Below are positions 10,267 to 19,936 of a stretch of 64,000 bases of DNA, piece after piece. How positions within the stretch are numbered: the first letter of the stretch is position 1; every line of letters begins with the position of its first letter. The stretch comes from an uncultured delta proteobacterium (GTDB lineage: Bacteria > Desulfobacterota > Syntrophobacteria > Syntrophobacterales > Syntrophobacteraceae), in NCBI GenBank assembly GCA_963808625.1, contig CAWEHK010000031.1, positions 18,169 through 82,168 of the forward strand. The letters run 5' to 3'. A program made the position numbers and the translations under genes. The notes beneath the pieces were generated by a model that had not been told where the DNA came from, made no database searches, and saw only the letters and a program-made list of their open reading frames with translations.

Positions 10267-13200
10267 ATGAGCAGGGTGAAGTGGTTGTGTGCAATGCTGA
10301 TCGGACTTCTATGGGTAGGTCCCGCCTGGGGCATGGAGCGCGGGGTGTTCGCCAATGGCAAGGTCCATTTCTGTTATGTGTGTGGGACTGACGCCTGTCA
10401 CAAGTCTTACAATGTTGATAGTAATGGTATGCTTAACCCAAAATTCACCACAGATAAACCGGATAACTCTATCTACCACGGCTACTGTCGCTATGCCAAG
10501 GGCCGTGGGACGGGTATGGCCGTCTTCAATAATCAGCTATTTTTTACCTTTACCGCGCAGACCGCCTGCAATGATACCGCCGACGTATGGCCCTTCGTTG
10601 CCGTCTTTGACCTGACGCTAAACAAATTTACTTCCGTGACAAAACTGGGGAGCACACCGCTTCACAGTGATAACCGGGCGCATGGTAGAACGGCTGGCGC
10701 TGCAGTGGCGGTGCTAAACAATACCCTTTATGTCTTTACGGATACCAGCACCTTTACGAGCACCAATGGAACAGGCTGGATTTCTCATACCCCCGGGCTC
10801 ATCACGGACGCTAAGGGCAACCCGTTGATAGACTATCAAATCGACGACGCCATTACCATTTTCCCCACGGATTCGGACCCAAAGATCCTTCTCCTTCTTG
10901 GGTATACGGATTTCGAGTCGGGCGTTTATACCGGGTTGTCGGCAGTTACCTGGAACGGCAAATTTGGCGCGGATTCCGACTACTCGCCGACGATTGCAAC
11001 AACCAGTCTGGGTCTGGGTGCAAGTGTCGATTATACTGCCGGTCTGCTTACGGGTACCGCCAAGTCACCGGATTCCAGTCATTTCATCGACGGCACTAAA
11101 GCTGCTTCGGTTCAGCTGTTCGTAGCATATGTAAACAACGACGGGGGCGACAGCGTGCGCCGCCTTGAATACACCTATCAGACCACACCAGGCAAATGGA
11201 CCATCGATTCCAAGCACCTCAGTGGCTCTGGTAGCACTATCGACGGTCTTGTTGCTTTCCCCTGGTACAGCGACCAATGTAGCTCCGACAATGCAACACG
11301 CATCCAGAGACAACATCTTTCCATAAATACTCATGAGTGCACAAAATATGGACCTATTATGGGCTGTAAGGAATTTAAATGGAAGGCCAGAGACTTCCTT
11401 TCCGACGCCATGGTCCCGCAGAAGAGCCCATATCAGGACAAGGAAAATTGGATCCCCATTTCTTGCCAAAATTGGGGTGGGACCTACACAGAAACCGACG
11501 CTAAGGGTCAAAGCGATGATGACATGTCTTTGAGAAAATACTGGCAACTTCAGGGCGTCGTGTTGGGTCCGCCCCCCTTCGCCATCAACGAGGTCCCCGC
11601 CACCGAGACGGGAGAACTCTCCAATGTGGAATACGGACTGGAGAATTCCATTGGGGTGAAGCATTCACAGAATTGGGAGAATGTGCTGACACTTTCAGCC
11701 GGCTTTAAGGTCCATGCCGGCTTTTTGGATGAGTTTCTGGGGATAAGCGATCAATTCGATATTGGATATAAGCATGGATGGCTGCAGGAACACGAAAACA
11801 GCAGCTCCTGGAGTGCAAATTTATTGGTCAAAATGGGCACCTCGATGATCTCTTCCGAGGACCTGGAAAACCTGGACCAACACGCGTGGGGTATCTTCAG
11901 TATACCGACCATGCTGGTTCAGGATTTCCGCCTGTACTCCTACGACTACGACATCAATAAGCCTAATACCGGCCGCTATCTTGGACAGGACCTGCACTCT
12001 ACCCAGGTACTGAATGACAATAAGCACAAGGGTAGCGTTCAGCAAATTGAGTTCCGCCTCGCGGATCCGGGAGGCGATAAGGACGAAATCCCCGGACTTT
12101 TTTCCGAGGTCCCCGGCCTCCCTGATATTGGAATGGCAAACCGATTCCCCACTTCAACGGACCTTCATTCCTGGTACGCGGTGCATTGGGATGTTGACAA
12201 CGCCATTTGGGGGGTCAGATACCCCAACGACAAGCTGCCAAACTACCTGCTGAAATATAGCCCCGGTTCGGGCACTGACACTGAATTTACCCTTACCGAC
12301 GATAATCTTACCACTTCCGGTGCGACCAACAGCATAGATATCAAGAATCAGGTCTCTATGGAGATCGGTACAAAGCTCCTGGGCTTTGGGGCGGATTTTA
12401 CGGCCGGCTACGAGGGAAGTTTCGGTGCGAAAGTGACCGGTACAACAAGTCTCAAGGAAGATGTAAAGGCTTCACTTGGGATGAAGGATTGCAGCGCCCC
12501 CTACTGCTACAAGTCGGTGACCATACAGCCTTACTGGCTCGATGCACTGGAAGACACCGCGCCCTGGATCCCCGCCGTCTATAAGGGGCAACGCCCCTGG
12601 TGCCTGACGTGGAGGGTCAAGAGTGCATGCACGCATGATAACCACTGCTTTGGCGACTCCCCTTTACCCCAGCAGATCACGGGCAGCGTTGTTGGAGTAC
12701 CGGAGCAGAGCGCTGCTTCCAGCTCCTTGTATAAGAGCCATTATCACGTCAGAGGTGGAAGCCTGACCTGGCAGGACGAAGAGGGAACGAGAAAACCTAT
12801 CCCGATGACCGCAGGTCAGTTCAAACCATTTCTTGGCGCTACCGTGTCTCTGAATGGCTTCACCTGGTCTTCAACCCAGGCCGAAGGTAAGTGGACACGA
12901 CACGGAAACACATGGGCATTCAACACCAGTAAATCGGCCGAGCGCAATATCGTCAAGCTTAAGCTCGATTTTGAGAACCGGACCTGGGATTTCGACATTG
13001 CCAAAACCGATCTTTCCAGCGCCTTCAAGGCCTCCCAAGGTGGTGCTCAACTCAGGCTCACAGTCAATGACCGCTATGGCTTCGCTGCCGGCATAAACCA
13101 CGATGTCCATATAAGCTGGGATCAGAAGCTGCCCAAGAAGCAGCCCAACGTCATGGAGCTTACCCGCAACATGGGCGTGTATGATTCTGCCGCGGGCACT

Positions 13201-13557
13201 GGCGACGCGTTCCTCAGCGGCACCCTCCCCGCGCCCCTCGATTTCTTCGGCGACATGACCATTGAAGTGAACGGACACAGCCGCATGATACCTCTCATCT
13301 CAATGGTATATTTTGACGACGCGGTAGCGAAGGGTAAGGCCCTCGAATACGACGCGGGTGATCTTCACTTTGCCGTGGATTTCGGGAAGAAGACATGGTG
13401 GGCTCGCTTCAAGGGTGAAGCTTTCAACCGGCTTCATGCTCCGCGAGCGGGGACCTCCCGCATCGTGATCAGGGTGGGCGGAGAACCCTGGTACAAGGGC
13501 GAGGTCCCGATTTCCAATCACACGTCCAATCTGAAGTTTTACGGGACGCGATCCTAG
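10267..13557 (+). CDS. Large secreted hypothetical protein (~1096 aa, signal peptide, beta-rich)
   Basis: Long intact ORF; SD GAAGGAGAG; MSRVKWLCAMLIGLLWVGPAWG signal-like N-terminus; paralog downstream. Confidence 0.85.
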   Translation: MSRVKWLCAMLIGLLWVGPAWGMERGVFANGKVHFCYVCGTDACHKSYNVDSNGMLNPKFTTDKPDNSIYHGYCRYAKGRGTGMAVFNNQLFFTFTAQTACNDTADVWPFVAVFDLTLNKFTSVTKLGSTPLHSDNRAHGRTAGAAVAVLNNTLYVFTDTSTFTSTNGTGWISHTPGLITDAKGNPLIDYQIDDAITIFPTDSDPKILLLLGYTDFESGVYTGLSAVTWNGKFGADSDYSPTIATTSLGLGASVDYTAGLLTGTAKSPDSSHFIDGTKAASVQLFVAYVNNDGGDSVRRLEYTYQTTPGKWTIDSKHLSGSGSTIDGLVAFPWYSDQCSSDNATRIQRQHLSINTHECTKYGPIMGCKEFKWKARDFLSDAMVPQKSPYQDKENWIPISCQNWGGTYTETDAKGQSDDDMSLRKYWQLQGVVLGPPPFAINEVPATETGELSNVEYGLENSIGVKHSQNWENVLTLSAGFKVHAGFLDEFLGISDQFDIGYKHGWLQEHENSSSWSANLLVKMGTSMISSEDLENLDQHAWGIFSIPTMLVQDFRLYSYDYDINKPNTGRYLGQDLHSTQVLNDNKHKGSVQQIEFRLADPGGDKDEIPGLFSEVPGLPDIGMANRFPTSTDLHSWYAVHWDVDNAIWGVRYPNDKLPNYLLKYSPGSGTDTEFTLTDDNLTTSGATNSIDIKNQVSMEIGTKLLGFGADFTAGYEGSFGAKVTGTTSLKEDVKASLGMKDCSAPYCYKSVTIQPYWLDALEDTAPWIPAVYKGQRPWCLTWRVKSACTHDNHCFGDSPLPQQITGSVVGVPEQSAASSSLYKSHYHVRGGSLTWQDEEGTRKPIPMTAGQFKPFLGATVSLNGFTWSSTQAEGKWTRHGNTWAFNTSKSAERNIVKLKLDFENRTWDFDIAKTDLSSAFKASQGGAQLRLTVNDRYGFAAGINHDVHISWDQKLPKKQPNVMELTRNMGVYDSAAGTGDAFLSGTLPAPLDFFGDMTIEVNGHSRMIPLISMVYFDDAVAKGKALEYDAGDLHFAVDFGKKTWWARFKGEAFNRLHAPRAGTSRIVIRVGGEPWYKGEVPISNHTSNLKFYGTRS

Positions 13558-13793
13558 CGTTACAGCCCAGGAATTTCATCGCGGATCGAGGCGGTCGCCG
13601 CCGCTGACACGGTTTGTTGCCTAAATGGCGTCGCGGCTGGCAGGTACAAGAAATAATAGTCAAAACCGCATCCCCCTCTCCCGTATCGGGAGAGGGGACC
13701 TCCAGCGGAACGAGGAATGCGTCCAGTGCCTCCTGAGTCCACTCCGATCTGCTGCTCTTGCGGAGGGCGGGCTGGGTCGGGCCCAATGCCGTT

Positions 13794-14073
13794 CGTTTCC
13801 CGTGCTCAACAAATTTCCTTTCACTTGGGGAGACTGGTTTGTCACGTCACCGGTTCCGCCTGAGTGTTGTCTCAAGGTGCTTCCATGGCGAGAATCCTTT
13901 TTCCGTGTAGTTGGAAGAAAGGAGGTGAGAAGACACCAGTTCCATCAAATGCCTGATGCATTTGGCATGATGAGTTAGCCGAACCAGAACAATTATCTTA
14001 TCAGCTTAAGAAAGCCGCTTTGAGAGGTGGCGACCGGCGCTTATTTTTCGAGGCGGCAGAAGGAGAGGGGGCC
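13794..14073 (+). promoter_or_regulatory. Structured 5' leader, copy 2
   Basis: Repeat of 9987-10266 at offset 3807 with few substitutions. Confidence 0.55.
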
Positions 14074-14262
14074 ATGAGCAGGGTGAAGTGGTTGTGTGCA
14101 ATGCTGATCGGACTTCTATGGGTAGGTCCCGCCTGGGGCATGGGGCGCGGGGTGTTCGTCAATGGCAAGGTCCATTTCTTTTATTTGGACCAGTCGGCTG
14201 AGGTCTGCCACAGTTCTCACAATGTCGACAGCAATGGTATGCTTAACCCAAAATATGACTCA

Positions 14263-15172
14263 GAGCGTGTCTAAAAAGTTTACACTGGACTCGGGGTTAG
14301 ACTTCTGATAAGTCAACATGGGACAACCCTAGCAATGGAGGAGCCCATGTGTGACACAAGCCAACCGCAGCAGCCGTATTCCAGTGACTTGAGTGTGAAT
14401 GAATGGCAGTTTCTCAAACCGCTGGTTCCCATGCCTAAACATGGCGGGAGACCGGCCAAATACGAGCGTTTGGAGATCCTCAATGCGATACTGTATCTGG
14501 TGCGCTCCGGTTGCGCGTGGCGTCTTTTGCCACATGACTTCCCTCCCTGGCGGATCGTCTATCACTACTTCTCGTCATGGCGCCGTGATGGCACATGGAC
14601 ACAGGTCCATGACGCACTACGATCCCAGGTGCGCATTGCCGAGGGACGGGAAGCCGAACCAAGTGCAGCCATCCTCGACAGCCAATCGGTCAAGACGACC
14701 GAAAAAGGGGGCTCCATGGATATGATGCCGGCAAGAAGGTCAATGGCCGCAAACGGCATCTGCTCGTAGACACGCTGGGGTTGGTTATTGCTGTAGTCGT
14801 TCATGCAGCCAACATTCAGGATCGAGACGGCGCCAAAATACTCTTCTCTCTGATACGCGATGCCTATCTGCGTATCCGGCTCGTTTGGGCCGATGGGGGA
14901 TACGCTGGAAAATTGATCGAGTGGGTCGCTTCTTTGCGAAACAGCAACTGCCTCCGGTTGGAGATTGTGAAAAGGTCCGACGCAATCAAAGGCTTTTACG
15001 TTCTTCCGCGCCGCTGGGTTGTGGAGAGAACCTTTGGCTGGTTGGGACGTCATCGGAGACTTTCCAAAGATTATGAGTACCTGACTGAAACCAGTGAAAA
15101 CATGATCCGTGTCGCCATGATCAAATTGATGGTGCGGCGACTCGCATCCGGCTGACCTTTTTAGACACGCTC
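14263..15172 (+). mobile_element. IS5-family insertion sequence (910 bp), IS1031/IS427-like
   Basis: Perfect 16-bp TIR GAGCGTGTCTAAAAAG / CTTTTTAGACACGCTC; 3-bp TSD TCA (14260-62, 15173-75). Confidence 0.95.
14347..15155 (+). CDS. IS5-family DDE transposase, two ORFs joined by a likely -1 frameshift at AAAAAGGGGG (~14702)
   Basis: YSSDLSVNEW, GCAWRLLPHDFPPW, AAILDSQSVKTTEKGG / GYDAGKKVNGRKRHLLVDTLG, WADGGY, RRWVVERTFGWL. Confidence 0.92.
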
Positions 15173-16255
15173 TCAGAAAACTGGAGTAACTGTATCTACC
15201 ACGGCTACAATCGTCATTCCAAGGGCCGGGGCACGGGTGTGGCCGTCTTCGATAATAGGATATTTTTTACCTTTACCGGACAGTCTCCCAACAATGCTAC
15301 CGCCCCCATATATCCCCTTGTCGCCGTCTTTGACCTGACAGAGGATAAATTTATTTCTGTGACAAAGCTGGGCAGCACGCCGCTTCACAGTGATAACCTG
15401 GCACAAGGCAAAGCTGCGGGTGCTGCAATAGCGGTCCTGAACAATATGCTTTACCTTTTTACGGATACAAATACCTGGACCAGCGCCAATGGAAACGACT
15501 GGGCTTCTCATACGCCCGGGCTCATCACGAACGCTAATGACGGGGCGCTGATAGACTATCAAATCGAAGATGCTATTACTATTTTCCCCTCGGATTCGGA
15601 TCCAAAGATCCTCCTCCTCCTCGGGTACACGGGGAGCGAAGGGAGCACCTACGATTACTTAACGTCAGTTACCTGGAACGGCCAATTTGGCGCGAATTCC
15701 GACTACTCGCCGAGCGTTGCAACAACCATTGTATATCAGAACTCGATTACGGATACTGCCGGCCTGCTCACGGGCACCGCCAGGTCTCCGGACCATGATT
15801 ATTTCACCGACGGCGCTAAAGCCGCTTCCGTTCAGCTTTTTGTACAGTTCCTCACGAGCAGTAATTATGATGTGAAACGCCTTGAATACAACTATCAGAC
15901 CACACCGGGCAAATGGACGATCGATCCTCAGCACCTCCACCCATGTTCGAACTGCGGTGTCTATGACCTTGTTGCTTTCCCCTGGTACACCGACGAATGC
16001 AGCAATGACGGTGCAACACGCATCCAGAGACAACATCTTTCCCTAAATACCTATGAATGAACAGATTACAAAACCACTATGGGCTGTAAATCAAAAAAAT
16101 GGGTCGCCAGAGACTTCTATTCCGACGCCATGGTCCCACAGAAAAACCCGTATTCTCCAGACAACTCACATTGGGTGCCTATTTCTTGCCTCACCACCGG
16201 ACACTTTTTCGGGTAGTGCGAAAAGACGGGTTGACCGGCCAATCTGTACCTTTTT

Positions 16256-16627
16256 TCAGGTACTTTCTAAAGCAGCCAGTGCTGCCCGGAGCTTTGCAAG
16301 GCGTCTTGCCAGGGGTTGGATTTTGTTTTTGGTTTGCTGGTTGAGAGTCTGGCGACGGTGCATCTCCAATTGGTGTTTCACGGCATCGAGGACGCGGCAT
16401 ATCGCTGCGATTCCTGTGTTGTCTGCTTGTGCATCGTGGGTGGTTTGAAGTTGAGGCACAGCATGAACATAGGCCATATTTTGGCGGGCGAGGTGATATT
16501 GGCGTTGCAGATCGGTTTGAGTGACCTGGACGTAGCGCATGGTCATTCGAATGTCGCGATGACCGAGGATTTCCTTCAAGGCCGTGAGACTGATGCTGGC
16601 CCTTAGCATCATGGTGGCGTAGGTATG
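16256..16627 (-). pseudogene. C-terminal fragment of a tyrosine recombinase/integrase
   Basis: RHTYATMMLRA..LKEILGHRDIRMTMRY (R, LGH and catalytic Y); N-terminal part missing. Confidence 0.8.
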
Positions 16628-16655
16628 TCTGTTATGCCGAGCTCGGCATAACAGA
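16628..16655. repeat. Perfect 28-bp palindrome
   Basis: TCTGTTATGCCGAG|CTCGGCATAACAGA. Confidence 0.95.
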
Positions 16656-16888
16656 TGCGGACCTTCCCCTTCAGCATCCCAGCCAGAATTCAATGCGCAT
16701 TTACGCAATAAGGAGGTCCGGTATGATGCCCATGGATCTGCATAGAGAATAGGGCTGAGCCCGGAGTGCAAATCTAGCCAGCTCACAATTTCGCATTTTT
16801 CATGCAGAAACCCGGAGGTTTTCCCTACAGGGGTGACAAAGAGTCTCCAGACGAAACTTGTCGCGGCCCAATTCAGCGGTGAGTTGGG

Positions 16889-16906
16889 GATAGGAATTTG
16901 ATTTTT
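16889..16906 (-). mobile_element. Orphan IS91-like oriIS end
   Basis: Reverse complement AAAAATCAAATTCCTATC matches AAAAAGCAATTTCCTATC (41136-41153) at 16/18 positions. Confidence 0.5.
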
Positions 16907-16999
16907 GGGTTTGCGCCATCTTTCGGGGGCAACCATTTCCCCTCGAGTCCTCCCAGAGCGAAGATCTAATTCCCTTTTCGTCTTCTCCGCACCAACGCG

Positions 17000-17773
17000 T
17001 CAGTGGTCTGTTGTCACTATCCCCATCGGAACCACGTGGATTCCGGAGTTCTCAAGGGTCTTGCGAATGGTCTTGACCAGTTGGCTTGCGCCCGGGTTGT
17101 CGCCGTGGACGCAGAGCGTATCCATTTCGAGAGCGATTTCTTGGCCGTCGATGCTGGTCATTTGTCCCGTCTTCACCAGCTTGAGGACGCGTTCTTTCAC
17201 CGTTTCCGGATCATGAATCACGGCGCCCGCCATCGAGCGCGGGGCCAACTGGCCATTGCTCAGGTAGGCCCGGTCCGGGAAAACTTCCCGCGCAACCCGT
17301 AAGCCCGCATGGGTGGCCATTTGCGCACAGAGGGAGCCGGCCAGAGCAACCAGGATCAGCTCGGGATCGAAGGCTTTGACCGCCGCGATGACTTCCCCGG
17401 CCGCCCGCTCGTCCCGGCCGCCAGGTTATACATGGCCCCGTGCGGTTTAACATGCTGGAGCTTGACACCCGCCGCCCGCGCGAAGGCATCGAGGGCTCCG
17501 ATCTGATAGAGAATGTAGTTCCTGATTTCTCCGGGAAAGGTTTCCAGATTGCGTCGCCCGTATCCGAGAAGGTCCGGATAGCCCGGGTGCGCACCCACGC
17601 CAACGCCGTGCTTTCTTGGCCAGCTCCAGGGTTCGCGCCATGATCATCGGGTCGCCCGCATGCCAGCCGCAGGCCACGTTGGCCGAGGTGATAAAGGGCA
17701 TGATCTCTTCGTCCTGGCCGATCCGGTACAAGCCAAAGCTTTCGCCCATGTCACAGTTGATGTCCGTCCTCAT
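17000..17773 (-). CDS. pxpA: 5-oxoprolinase subunit A (LamB/YcsF), frameshifted
   Basis: [58 protein letters not shown]. Confidence 0.92.
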
Positions 17774-17800
17774 GGTTTCCTCAATTGCATCGAGAGTGGC

Positions 17801-17830
17801 CAGTGATCAGTGGTCAGTGGTCAGTGATCA
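17801..17830 (+). repeat. Heptamer tandem repeat (CAGTGRT)x4
   Basis: cagtgat cagtggt cagtggt cagtgat between pxpC and pxpA. Confidence 0.75.
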
Positions 17831-17884
17831 GAAAAAGGCTAAAAACCTCTGACCCATGTGCTGCTGGTGATCTCGCTTCCAAGC

Positions 17885-18931
17885 TCACATGGCGTTTGTC
17901 CACCGTTCATACAGAAACTTTCGGATAATCAATTTCACCAAACTGGTCACCTCTGGCAGGCTGGAAAGCTTGCCCCGTAGATTTATGAGACTATTCTCTG
18001 CAAATCTATAGAAGCTCCTGAGCTGGAACTGATTTTTCAAGTAGATCTCTCTTGCCTGCAGCAAATCGATGTTTGCAAAGCGGACCTTCGCGCCCGCTGG
18101 GAGTTGGGCGAGCAGGGGCAGGTCCGCGGCGATCACCGTGGCGATTTTGACATATCCTCCCACCGTCTGGCAATCCGCTGCCAGGATGGTCGGTTGCTGG
18201 TTGCCGTGCACCTGAACGGCGCCCGCGCACGTTCCATCGGAGATAATGTCCACACCTCGGCGGAGCTCGATGAGCGGTCCCGCGAGGGCGATCCCCATGC
18301 GATCCAGCCGGGTGGTGACTTCATACAGACTGGATAGAAAAGTCTCCATTCCTTTCGCCGTGACATGATCGTCCTGGGGGCCGGGAATGACTCTCAGGGT
18401 CGGCTGCTCCGAGTAGGGGGGAATCAACCGGGCGGGAAAGGCGAAGATGGGTTTGCCATACCTCTCGCCCAGGGGAAGGATGTCGCCTTTCTGCAACGCT
18501 CTGCCTTGATATCCGCCGAATCCGCCTCTGAGGTAGGTCGACCGACTGCCCATGATCTCCGGCACGTCCACCCCGCCCGCCACCGCCAGGTACGAGCGCA
18601 GCCCGATGCGGGCATAATCGAGGCTGAGGACATCGCCTGCTTTCGCACAGTGACAGGTCCAGTTTGAGATGGGACCATGGTTCAGCCTGGGCGCCTGGTC
18701 GGCACCGGTAATAGCAAAGTGGGCATCGCACAAAAATTCCGCCTGGAATCCTCCCAGAGTTATCTCGATGGCAGCAGCGCCAACGGCGTTACCCACCAGC
18801 AGGTTGCCGACCATCAGAGCCTGCTGGTCCATCGCACCGGACACGGGGACGCCCCGGTCCCGAAACCCGAACCGGCCCCGGTCCTGGATCGTTGCCAGTG
18901 GACCTCCCTCAATGATGCTGATGGCTTTCAA
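17885..18931 (-). CDS. pxpC: 5-oxoprolinase subunit C
   Basis: TIQDRGRFG..GVPVSGAMD, RSYLAVAGG, GSRSTY, DRMG, DCQTVGGY. Confidence 0.92.
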   Translation of the reverse strand: MKAISIIEGGPLATIQDRGRFGFRDRGVPVSGAMDQQALMVGNLLVGNAVGAAAIEITLGGFQAEFLCDAHFAITGADQAPRLNHGPISNWTCHCAKAGDVLSLDYARIGLRSYLAVAGGVDVPEIMGSRSTYLRGGFGGYQGRALQKGDILPLGERYGKPIFAFPARLIPPYSEQPTLRVIPGPQDDHVTAKGMETFLSSLYEVTTRLDRMGIALAGPLIELRRGVDIISDGTCAGAVQVHGNQQPTILAADCQTVGGYVKIATVIAADLPLLAQLPAGAKVRFANIDLLQAREIYLKNQFQLRSFYRFAENSLINLRGKLSSLPEVTSLVKLIIRKFLYERWTNAM

Positions 18932-19601
18932 ATGCTTCCCTCGTGATGGGCTTGAACTTCAGGGATTGCCCGGCATGAATGATGAAGGGGTCCGCCTTGT
19001 CGAGGTCGAATATCCTGACTGGAGTCTTCCCAATCAAGTGCCATCCGCCAGGGCTGTCGATGGGGTAGATCCCGGTCTGGCGATCGGCGAGGCCGACGCT
19101 GCCCGCCAGCACCACCTTGCGCGGCTCCTTTCTCCGGGGCGTGTGGAGACGCTCATCGAGTCCTCCCAGGTAGGGGAAGCCGGGAGTGAAGCCGATCATG
19201 TAGACATAGTAAAGAGCGGCGCAATGGAGCCTCACCACTTCGCCGGGGGTCATGCCGTGAAAGGATGCAACAGAGTCCAGATCGGGGCCGTATTCGCCGC
19301 CGTAGCAAACCGGAATCTCGATGACCCGGGTGGAGGCCGCCGTGCCTTCGGGCGCTGCTTTCAGGCATTCGTCAACGACCAGCAACAGGTTCTCGAAAGA
19401 ACATTGCCACGGGTCGTATTGAATGAAGAGGGAACGGTAGGTGGGATTTAACCCCAGAATGCCCGGGTGTTGTCGTTTTATGAGTTGTCCGAACAACTGC
19501 TGGACCCGGCGGTTGATGGCCGGGTCGATGGCGTCTCCAAATTCCACGCTGATTCCGGTGTCACCACACAAAAGGACACGCGTTTCGGAGTATTCGTTCA
19601 T
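18909..19601 (-). CDS. pxpB: 5-oxoprolinase subunit B
   Basis: IEIPVCYGGEYGPDL, YMIGFTPGFPYL, QTGIYPIDSPGGWHLIGKTP. Confidence 0.93.
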   Translation of the reverse strand: MNEYSETRVLLCGDTGISVEFGDAIDPAINRRVQQLFGQLIKRQHPGILGLNPTYRSLFIQYDPWQCSFENLLLVVDECLKAAPEGTAASTRVIEIPVCYGGEYGPDLDSVASFHGMTPGEVVRLHCAALYYVYMIGFTPGFPYLGGLDERLHTPRRKEPRKVVLAGSVGLADRQTGIYPIDSPGGWHLIGKTPVRIFDLDKADPFIIHAGQSLKFKPITREAFESHQHH

Positions 19602-19730
19602 GGCTCAATATCCGTGCCCGCATTCGGGAAACGGAACGGCAGGCAGTCTCGCCGTTTTCTATGGAGTCGTCCACCCACAAAGCATTTTCTTTTACCACGA
19701 AAGACAGAAGCGAAAAGATTCCTTCGTTTC

Positions 19731-19782
19731 TTCGTGCTCTTCGTGCTCTTCGTGCTCTTCGTGCTCTTCGTGCTCTTCGTGG
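19731..19782 (+). repeat. 9-bp tandem repeat (TTCGTGCTC)x5 within a CCACGAA..TTCGTGG palindromic element
   Basis: Five exact units plus TTCGTGG; an unexpanded relative lies at ~50769-50810. Confidence 0.85.
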
Positions 19783-19936
19783 TTAGAAAGGCGGACGAAA
19801 TAAGAGCAAAATAAGGAAGGCGCTCAACCGACCATCATGACCCAAGCCAGGGGCCGGTGGCAAACTTGCTCGCAGAGACGAACCGGCGGAGCGGGCGGGG
19901 AGGCCCCAGGGCTTGAGCCTCCAGGCCTTCAATGAT

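Larger units (their letters stand above)
14074..16216 (+). pseudogene. Paralog of the 10267-13557 secreted protein, interrupted by IS5, with an in-frame TGA and 3' truncation
   Basis: Removing 14263-15172 and one TCA restores the frame (NPKYDSENWSNCIYHGY vs NPKFTTDKPDNSIYHGY); TGA at 16058-16060; similarity ends near 16190 (WVPISC). Confidence 0.85.

Noticed and set aside
16058..16060. In-frame TGA aligned to a Cys codon of the paralog (possible selenocysteine)
   Set aside because: No convincing SECIS hairpin downstream, the gene is already broken by IS5 and truncated, and a Cys codon becomes TGA by a single substitution
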